Made by a program: the position numbers and the translations under genes
Part shown: positions 53,824 to 64,000 of the stretch, one piece after another
Numbering within the stretch: position 1 is the stretch's first letter
Layout: each line of letters begins with the position of its first letter
Source of the DNA: Botryllus schlosseri
Taxonomy: Eukaryota
Reading direction: 5' to 3'
Length of the DNA stretch: 64,000 nt
Assembly (NCBI GenBank): GCA_051294905.1
Contig: CM119383.1
Location: 5,952,001 to 6,016,000 of the forward strand
The notes under the pieces: generated by a model
What the model was told of the DNA's origin: nothing
Database searches by the model: none
The model's input: the letters and a program-made list of their open reading frames with translations, nothing else

Positions 53824-56399
53824 ATCTAGATTACAGGTACAGGTAGGAAAGAAGATGGTTTATTTCCGTCTGCACCTTTGGGTTTCGTTGCTTCGACGCC
53901 TCCTCCGAGCGCCTGGCAACACAGAGGCGTGTCGATAAAATCGTATTGAACATATATCCGATGATAGTTTTGTTGCATTCTGTCACATATAATGGAATTT
54001 TACCCTTTGTGGCTGTAATGAATTTCGCAAGGGTATCTATAGCGCAAGTTAATCTCCGGGTTTTTGCCTCTGGGCTTGGGACAGATGCGGTTTATTTATT
54101 TTACATTTTGTTAATCACACTAAATGTATGTACTCATTGTGATGCTTTGCGTGTAACCTTACAAATTGTTTCCCAATAAATAGGTGGCGATCAAAAGCAA
54201 CTAATCGCCATTGTGCACTGTCACCGTCCATTGCGGCGCAACAACAAACGTAAATATTGCCAACGGTCAGTTATAAGGCGACGCGGTGTCTAAAAGCTAA
54301 AGGCTGCGTCCATGTCATTTTCGACATCTTACTCAATATAAAAGATATAATTAGCTCGATTTATTACTCTTCCTACTTAGTAGTAATTGCATTTTTGTTA
54401 TGACAGTAATGTCGCCGGTCATTAACATCGTTTTACTCTATTATCTATGTTACATTGTAACTATACAAGAATCAACAATTGCCAACATTATTCCGACTAC
54501 GAATGGTGTCTTGTAATAGTCAGTTTTGATTGCGAGAATTAGTATTTATGTTGCGTTATTGCAAAGACAGTATAATCTCGTTTTCAACTCTCTGCTTTCA
54601 AAAGTGAAGCACTGACACAATTTTGACACAAATGTCTCACTAATCATAGATTTAGAGATAGCCCACTTACGAGGTAATATGCATAAATAGATATATATGA
54701 TATACCTACACGCTACAATATGTAAACCATATCTATGCATGCAAACATGGTTGCGTTTGGTTGAAATTGTGGGTGGTAGCTTGATAAATGAGCATTGTTA
54801 ACTATCTGAAATCAGCATGAGGTAGCCAAAACGTTCGTGCTTGAACATAGACATGATTTGTTTTTTTGTGCGAATTATCCATTCTTGATACATCTTTTTG
54901 TAAGGTTTGTTTGTTTTCGTGGGCCTCTGTTTGTGTGCCGATGCTGCCGTTTTGTCTTTGAACGTTCGGATGAGCTGGTCAACTATTTATGCGTTTCTCC
55001 AAAAATCATATCGTCATTACTCAACGCATTTAATCTGGTGTTACGAAAATCCTTTGAATCTTCGTAGCAACGGCGGAACAAAACCTTAGGCCTACACGCA
55101 CTGTAATAGTTTGACATCATAACTTCATGAGGGTGTTGGACTGTTGGGGGTTGATGACGAAGCAGTTAGAAGGTAGTGTCATTGCAAAATTGTGAGGTAT
55201 TTTCAGGTTGGAAGTCAAACTACCACGCTGATTACATGATTGTGTCGTAAATTTTTTTATCAGGCCTGAAAACCTAGAATAACCTCTCACACATAACCCG
55301 GCAATGTTATTTCTATTCGAGCTAGAAAAATAAAGGCACAAATTGCGTTCATTACAAGAGGCGTCGTCTTGCGGCTTACTTTTTACAAAGCGAAACCGAT
55401 AAGTTTCCAAAATTCTCTCCTTCTGTCTCTATCCGTCTCTTACTCAGCGGGATTTTTAAATGAATCTTGTCGCAACATCATACCCCATCATCCCCAAACA
55501 GAGGTGTGGAAGCATGTCAAGATTATGGGATTTGAAGCCTGTGTACTGGGAATTCCTGTACCACCCATTTACGTAAGAGATTTACTTGATATATCTTAAA
55601 CCTTAATGATACCATTTCCTTTCAGGAAACACGAATATATATTTCGCCCGATATTGTATACGTATATATAAATTCTTTATGGACCTGCCTCTATAATCCG
55701 CACGGTGACACCCGTCTATTTACCACTCTCTAATTTCGAACTTCTCACCTGCTATGGTCAGTACCACGCAAAAGAGCCGTCGAGCGACCTCGGGGTCATG
55801 CGAAGATCCAGTCTAAATCGCGAAGGGTTATTGTATTTGTTTGAATATTGTTTGTCATGCGTCGGTGTTTACACCAAACATATCGTCATAATCTTAAATA
55901 AGGTATAATTTAGTCAGTTATTGCTCCGTGTTCCGGCTTGTTCGCGAGATGCTTGACAATTTTCCGATTGTAGCTTACCACACGGCTGCTTACAGTATAG
56001 ATTAGCCAAGTATTTGATCCGTCGCCCCAACGTGGGAAACCTCTTCAACAATGCAAGTTGCCATTTTGTCGTGGCCAACATATTTCGAGATATGTCTCGC
56101 AGTCTGAATCTAAGATGAGATCTGAATGTATTTCAGCTTATATTAATCTAGCATTTGAGTAAGAGAGAAAAAATGTTTGCACGAACTTGTATGATATCAA
56201 AGTGAAGACAAAACATTGACCTTGTGGTCGCCCAGCCTGGTCTGTACTAGAGTGGCGCCAACAAGCAAACACCGAACCGTCGTCGTGAACTATCGGCTTC
56301 TTTATCCGCTGCCGCATAAATATTGACGGCGTGATCAAGATTAATGGTACGAACACCTGCTTCTGTTGCGGCCTGCGATATATGGCCTTACAAATTTCT

Positions 56400-56750
56400 C
56401 AAATATCGGAAGCACCAGATTTGCGTACTTACAAGTCAATCCTAAACGGTAAACAATGAAGTCTGCAGATTTTATCTTAACCTTAGTAGCAGTTATTATC
56501 AAAGTCATCGTTGAGCGAATGCAAATGAAAGTGAACCATAGGCCTAATACATTAGAAACAACAACATGTTTTGAAGTTAAAATAGAATTTACGCAACATT
56601 CAATAGACATGAAACTCGCTGGTCTCAGGTTTAAACAAGCAGTAAAATATGATGGACCCAAGTTGGAGTTTTTTCCACTTTGATGCAGCTGCCCTGTATT
56701 GCAGTTGCAGTTGCTAACTTGAAGCAACGCGAATACATGAAATTGTCTGA
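56400..56750 (+). mobile_element. Possible old LINE ORF2 3' fragment
   Basis: The ORF at 56456-56683 ends LRFKQAVKYDGPKL, resembling the SIKYxGPKLWN motif; otherwise highly decayed. Confidence 0.3.
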
Positions 56751-58656
56751 CTTCCTTCAATCGGGCATTGTAGAAGATTTGTCACCACTCCATTTGAGAC
56801 GATAATGTTGAGACTATACGCGCTCTCAAGTTCTTAATGACAGATTATGACATGCAGTCGTTAGTCCAATTGCTGATTAGTAATGTGTCTCGTAATGCTC
56901 TTTACTTTGGATAAAACACTGAAAGTTCAATAGTGGGACAAAATGCGGACGCTTTGATGCTTCGGAAATCGCAAGAACAAATCGATGCCTACAAGCTAAC
57001 GTCACCAGATTATTTCTCAAGGCAAGGACGCAAATTTTGGTTTCATCATATTCGTGTTGTTTTGTGTGCGGTTGTTGTTGCCGTATGGATTAGGCTCCTC
57101 GGCGTCTTCCGCGGGGATTGAACTGGGCATCCCGCGCGACAATGCTTAACTGAGTTGATTGCTGACACCGGTTTCCTGATGAAAACTGCACCTCTGTTGG
57201 TACATGAAGCCATCCTGTTGTAAAAGAGATATTCTCGACCAGCATATACATGATCCCTGACATTGCATGACTGGAAAGCAAATAAAATAATCTAAGATTT
57301 ACTCCGCATCATCTATGTTTAGGTTGTAGGTGGTGTTACTACCGAATCGCTGGTACTTCAGTAATTGTAACATCTTGGTGAGCTCATTTAAGATTTGAAA
57401 AATATTAGATCCGCCCAAGTTATTTCGCAAAGTCCCAAGGTCGGTCTACAAATATATAAACCAACAAAAAGATTACCGGTGTGAATTTATGACTGAGTAA
57501 AACTTGTCTACATGCAATTTGATTACATGTCTGTACTGCATTTATGTCATCAACGAAATCAGGAATAATCTATCTATAATGTTGACACGCCTCGCTTCTA
57601 GAATTGTAATAAACAATATCTATAGCCCACAGTCACGAATGTTCATTGTCCTTATTCTATAGCGATGCATTGTAGAAAGTAATATATTTAAATCTCTCGC
57701 AAAGATTGATGGAATTCAGTGAACCCCAGAATTTGAGATTAGAAGTATTGTGACATTCGAGAGTATAGGAAGCACGCTTACAAGAAATGAATTTTGCTCC
57801 GTTATTTAATGTTGTACATTATCAGGCTGCAACAATTATTGAGATCAATTATGTTACACAGGCAGGTGCATAGCTGGAGTAACAATTTAGATGGGTCACT
57901 GACAGCATAGATCTATTTTGATGTCATTAACAGGACGTTGTCGTAACGTTTGAATCTCTTTATTTCAAAGGAGTCCTTGTTTCGTTCACAAAGCGATGCA
58001 TCCTTCAGGTTATATTTTTCAGTAAAAACACATTTATAAATTCGTAAATATTGGCGTGAATCTGAAATTTCTCTCTCAATACCAAGTAGGGCAATTCGAA
58101 CACTAGACAATGAACTTTTTCTTACTTTTTGGGAATAATTTCGCAATCTGACTTTTGAGCTACGACGAAAATATGTTTTGACCAATCCTGAGTGGACTAA
58201 GTATTTTCATAATTGTACTCGCAAATTTGTGGTGCTTATAAATTCTCGGAGAATTAATGTTAGCAGTGAGTGACGACATAGTTTACTATGACATCATGGC
58301 CTCAATTACTGTTGTTTCTTTTCATATGATGGATCACGCGGATTAAACCAGCACGCCGAACAGGAGTCGACATTCGTGTACACTGACTATAGTCAACGCC
58401 AACTCGCATAAGACACCGTATAATCGATGTTATAGTGCTGATGCCCTGGATATAGTTTGTCCCATGTACACTAGGAAGTTACTCACAAAACATTACTCAG
58501 CAGACAGGTTCTGAACGAAATACGTTTAATCATAAATGGACAGCACGTCACAAACAAACAGTTTTCGTATTCGGAAAGGTAACAGAAACGGATTGGCAAT
58601 ATATCATCCGACATGGCTTAATAAATATCGAAAAGAAACATTGAGTACTCAAAGTG

Positions 58657-61600
58657 TCAATCAGTGGGATTGCTGCTAGCGTACGGTGCCGTGGAAAGGG
58701 CGGGAGTAGAGAAATTCACGTGCGGCTGTTGCGGGACCGCGTACTGAAAGGGATTGAACAGGTTGCCGGAATAGAGTCGTTGAGATTCGGATGTGATGGC
58801 GTTGACCCGCGCGCTGTAAGCCGCCAGTGCCGCCGCCATTTCTGCGGACGCAGACGGGACGTACATGCCCGGTATCGCCGGTAATCCCAACATTGCTTGG
58901 TGGTGAGGGGATAGACTAGGCACCGGACTGGCCGATGACTGCGCCGGCGACTTTGAGATCAATTCCTCGATGGATTTGTAAAGAGGGTTGCGATGCTTGA
59001 CGTGCGAATCAGTTGTGACATCGCTTTTGTGACTGGCCTCGTTTGTCTTGTGACTTCTGTTCTGTGCCTGAAAGAACGGGGCTTCTTGCGACCTGCGCCT
59101 TCGCTCCGTGTTGATTTTCCCTGCTTCTGAACACCGTATCGAGTTACGCTCATATTTCGCCGAAGAAGGCTGTATCTCAGATTGCAATAGTGACGACGGG
59201 GTGAGATTATCAGCAGGATACGACGGAATAGGTCTGATCAAACTTGGATTTGACGCGTACATGTTCTCGTCGTGTACGCGAGACGCAGCCAGCACGTTCG
59301 CGAGACTCCACATGTAAACGCTCGACGCGTTTTGCGCGTTAACTTCGTGCTGCATGCCGAGGTGCTGACGTAACAGTTGAGCCTGCTCAACTTGCGACTT
59401 GCAACGCAGTGCCTCGTCGAGTTTAGCGTCTATTTCTGGTTGGTTCCTTGAAGACGCCAAGTCGTAGGCGCTGAATTTCGGCTGCAAATGACTGGGCGGT
59501 AATCCGGCGAGCATTGCAGGGTACATAGGAGTCGGACCGGCCAACCCCAAGCGATTCGTTGGCGGCAGGAATCCCCCGAAACCAGACGAGCCGAACGCTT
59601 GTGCGAAAGCGCGTCTGCGCAGCGCCAGTCTGCCTCTGAACATAAATAATAGAATTCAATGCATATAAGAACAATTCGGAGATGCCCAGTAATGAATACT
59701 TCTAATTTTTCGAAGTTCATAAGTACGTTTTACCTAATTCCATTTATACTTGCTTCAAGTCGCCAGATCAGGAAGAAAAATACTCAGGTAGAATGATACG
59801 GAATGTCGGCTTGGTGCTATCGTTGTTTGTGTGGTATTCATGGTGTTTGCCGACTACTATGGTAATTTACACCAGGCCAATTTTCTTCATTTTATTCCGT
59901 AGCTGCCTACTTTTAGCACGGCCCACTTGTAGGCTTTTATAAGACATCGCTTACACGGATGAGATGGCGAGGAGCCTAGATAAATCTCCAACACTTAAGT
60001 AGGAATTCTGGAGTACGATAACTAAGTTAACGTAGGCCCCGGACCATAGTATTTGAAACACCGTTGATACAAAAGCAGCATCAACAACACTTCTACTTGA
60101 CAGATTTCTGTTTATTTGTAGCAAAACTTGACCTTGAATACTTGCTTTTTACTTGCTTGGAACTGGCTACTTCTACTTGCATATGAGTATAAATTTACGG
60201 CATTACATCTACTTGTGTGGCAACTTTGGCTATTTTGGCCACCTCTTCAACAATTACGCACTTACCTAGTCTGACTTGCGCTGGTACTTCGCCGTCGTAA
60301 CTTCCCGGTGCTGCTTCCAATGTAAACATCGTCGCTGGACGGGTCAAGCATCCAATAGTTGCCCTGCAAGACAGCAGTGTCGGTTACTCCATTTTGTAGG
60401 TAAACACTAGGCGTTGGCCTAAAGTAAGTAAGCGTTCCGTAGAAACGAACGCAAAGGTAACGTATTTACCTTCCCCGGGTCGTCGTATGGTCTTGGCACT
60501 TTGAAGAAGCATTTGTTGAGTGATAAGTTGTGACGGATGGAGTTTTGCCACGCCTGAAAAACAAGAGACTCGTTGCCTTTCGTTCTCGGAAAGTGTTTTT
60601 CAACATATACGCTCGCGCGACTTATCCGAATTCTGCACTTGTAAACAATTAAATACGAAGTGCGCGTTTTGTCATTACGTATCCAGATGTCGGGTCTATA
60701 TCACGGTACCGATCAAAGCGACCGCCGCTTATTATACGGATTGCAGGAAACATGAAAACACGCCACTGTATACATATTGGAAAAGCGATTGTAAAGACTT
60801 TGTACAAAAAAAAGGCTCAAACGCATCAAATCCTGTCAGTACACGGCGACGCTGTGGTCGCGAGAAATAACGTTTAATCCACCTTATTCGAATAATAAGA
60901 CCGCAGCTACCAAAATTAGGTGCCGTTCAATTTCGGCAGCGACAATACAAATCACAGGAAAACTAGCTGGCAAATATGTTTCGGTATAGCCGAAAAGTCG
61001 TGACGCATGGCTCGGATTATCCGAACTAAGCCCATATCAAACGAATTTTTCGGTAGGTGTAAACCGATATGCATACGTTTCGCAGTGTAATACCGACAAT
61101 AAAGGAATTGTGCAATGCTGCGATCAAAGCAAATTGTGTTGCCAACAAATCCCAATCAATTACACAAGCAGATGTAAACAAAGTGCGTCCGTGTTATTAC
61201 GAAATGTCGTAAATTATTGGAGGTAATGAGAAAACCCATAAACCTCACCGAAATAAATGACCACTTAAATTATAAACATAACCGTAGAATGTATACGCCT
61301 TTGGTCAATTAAGAAGTGAGTCGTCAAAAGCCAAGTTGATAAATGAGTAATCATGTCGCGCGGCGACAGAGCACGTGCTAAAAGTTATCCCTCAACAAAC
61401 AGACATGCGCGATACAAGTGTCTCATATGTATAACCTTTCTTAAATGTGATTCGACATGTTTACGGTACAAACCTGTTTGTTTTCCTTATAGTATGGAAA
61501 ATTCGTGGTAATGAAGTTGTAAATCTGACTCAGCGTGAGGCGCTTCTGTGGACTTTGCCGGATCGCCATCATAATCAGGGCGTTGTAGGAATAGGGCGGC

Positions 61601-62606
61601 TTTTTGCCGAATTTATTCGATGGAGGAGTGCTGAAAATAGACGGGCAAAGTTAGTATTGAAAAATAAACGAATTATAGTTATCCACGGTACGAATTACAT
61701 GGTTCTAAAACAATTTAAACTGCGATATGCTGTATTCAAATTCGATTTTTCAGGACGTAAGCTTTGTTATCTAACATGCCATTCGTGCTAATTCATCAAG
61801 TATTTCCTTGTATGCGAAAACATCCGAATTCAATCAAACTAGTCAGTAATATGAGAATGAAACTTATCGTTGGAGATTTGTGATACACTTTCTCAACTAG
61901 CGAATCTTTAGGCTTAAATCACGGGATAAATTTCAAATCCTAGGCAGGGTTTATTATATATTACATATCACCAAAACAGTGCGTCCACCAGTTAAGAGTA
62001 CAACTCCATCGAACGTTGGTATTCACAGACCTTCACCAAGTCATAACTTACATCAGGAATATCACCGCCCTCCATTTTGTTGAGGACGCTGGTCTCTACG
62101 TTTTTCGCACAACCCATCGTATTTCGTTGTTTTTTTTTTCAGACAATTCGCATACCCATATATGAAACAGGCTGACCACTATCCAAACTTTTCAGATCCG
62201 TGTGTTATAAATGTTGCATAATTTGTTTCTAGTTAATTACTTCGTGCGCGCTAACGCAAATGAAACAAGGAGATACATAGTCGGCTTAAAACTCGGAAGA
62301 TCTTTAATGCATAAAATACACGAACCTGCTGTTACTTTCTTGGTGCGGTAAAGTTGTTTTCTGTTCTTTAGTTTCGTTTTCAGCGGGCGTCACGTCATCG
62401 CACTGTCGATCCCACAAGCCCTCTCGAATGTCTTCGTCTTCCATCCGGACTTCCTCCTCTTCCGAAACCGATTCTTCCGGGTATCGCTGCAGAAATTTCT
62501 CTTCACTGCTACAATCGCTTAGTTCACTTTTCACCGAAGCGGTGTCGGAGGGCCGACGTGAGCCGGTTGCCGCAATGTCTGGACTCATTAGGACTTTTAC
62601 AGACAT
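58657..62606 (-). CDS. FOXG1: Forkhead box G transcription factor (5 exons, 532 aa from ATG 62606)
   Basis: Minus-strand exons 62606-62326, 61630-61474, 60553-60470, 60363-60266, 59635-58657; 1599 nt in frame. [24 protein letters not shown]...[63 protein letters not shown], the FoxG-diagnostic wing region. A further upstream exon is possible (acceptor-like ttacAG 12 nt before the ATG). Confidence 0.93.
60085..60247 (-). mobile_element. Family A left-end fragment in FoxG intron 4
   Basis: CTACTTCTACTTG repeats ending TTTTGGCCACCTCT. Similar decayed pieces at about 5390-5640, 16090-16230, 16730-16945, 17820-17925, 39550-39731 and 51550-52020. Confidence 0.5.
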
Positions 62607-64000
62607 TAAGATAATTCGCTGTAACGCAAATATGTCGGCGATGTTAGCAACAATCTCTTCCGGTATGTTCAAACTGGATAATATATACACACGATACACG
62701 GTATATACTCATTAACGCACATCTAATCGCTTCTGTTCTCCTGCACGGTCTATTGTCGTTAAAAATCTCATTTGTGACAGTGAATATTCCCTGTAATATG
62801 AAATGTATCTTCTTTGCCATTTTAGGCTGTAAAATTGATCAATAGTGCGAATTCGACGAAACACATTGGCGTAAAGTTACGACTGCTTATGTATTCCTAC
62901 CTATCAGCGAGCTGACGGACATGCAACTGAGTATCCTGCCGGTCTGCATCTTCTAATACGTCCTCAGACGGTGTGCCGGTAGATAAGAAAAAGGTAACAA
63001 TGACACAAATTATACACAACACTCTTCTGCGCGACAAGCTATGAATCTCTCGAATCTCCTACTTTCAAATTGACTGCCGTACATCGAAAATAACTGCGCC
63101 GTATAAGCAAACTATTCATTAGGTTAATCGTTCTGCGGAGTCAAACGCGTGTACTTAATGATATCAATATGTCTTCGACCAGCCTATCAAAATAGATACG
63201 AGGTAATCTTTTCCTTTGAGTGATACTTATCTCGATCCGTTAAGTAAACCAAATCGTTCGCACAATACAAAAGAAACAGTTATTTCAAGGGTGTCCATGT
63301 AATAACCAAACACTTAATCCACGCACTCCAATACTTGTATAAACATATTCCGATTTTGCGTCTTTTATAGGTGTGAAACGACCAGCTAATTAATTTGTTT
63401 GCAATGGGAATAATCCTACAACTTTCCCCGTTGATCTACACAACGCATTTTCCAAATTATAGGTGTTACAAGCGCACAGGGGATTTTCGTGTTGTCTCTG
63501 GAAATGGATGGATTTGTTTTTCTACTATAGACGGACCATCCTTTTTGATCATTCCTGGTATGAAGGCATATGAACATGACGCATTGCATCAAACCGACTA
63601 AGACCGACATTTCCGGCCTTTTTACCGATATATAAGTTTCACAATCTTGACTGCATCAATTTGCGAGGTATGTTGTGATCTCTTAGACTTAAAGTTTATC
63701 AGCATTTCCACTGTATTTTCAGATACGTAAAGTCGAATCTTACCTTAACGTCCAAATAGCACTATGGTTTCCGATCAATCATCTCATTTCACAATGAGAG
63801 ATCGCCCAAACCAGGTGGGGATATCCGTGTGACGATGCTTATGTATCCGAATCCGAATCGTATCCAATCTGGATCGCAATGTAATATCTGAATCCGGATA
63901 TATCGAGCTGACAATTTTATCATCAGGGTACCTTACCAAATCATCAATTTGGCTGAACCACGTCGAATTGAAATTCCCTCTATCGATCTATTTTAAATTA

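Noticed and set aside
58654-59720. Overlapping ORFs at 58654, 58959, 59108, 59423 and 59430
   Set aside because: Shadow frames of the GC-rich FoxG last exon; the same applies to 32439-32933 over GRK exons and to ORFs opposite MFS and EOGT exons.

Overview
Eukaryotic, AT-rich animal genomic DNA with GT-AG introns, many only 53-70 nt. The gene set and compact introns fit an invertebrate chordate such as an ascidian, but the taxon is inferred, not proven. Hand-splicing gives five genes. On the + strand: a spinster-like MFS transporter with an intronless CDS (1991-3481), two complete tandem 9-exon EOGT paralogs (4617-11293 ending HDEL; 12941-19330 ending HREL) and a GRK4/5/6-type receptor kinase (20347 onward, 15 shared exons plus up to three candidate terminal exons). 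On the - strand: a 5-exon FoxG gene (62606-58657). About 19.5 kb between GRK and FoxG has no recognisable host exon. Introns and intergenic DNA carry several hAT-type elements with verifiable 8-bp target-site duplications (one family has Tol2-like ends), CR1/L2-type LINE 3' fragments and a tRNA-derived SINE. Most notable: (1) a 1.3-kb palindromic element built from head-to-head telomere-like TTAGGG arrays in GRK intron 1; (2) candidate alternative GRK tails (di-cysteine, polybasic, neutral); (3) a diverged but intact second EOGT; (4) a hAT insertion whose end rebuilds the Pol III A-box it interrupted. Most short ORFs in the supplied track are spurious or partial exons. All comparisons to known proteins are from memory; no searches were run.
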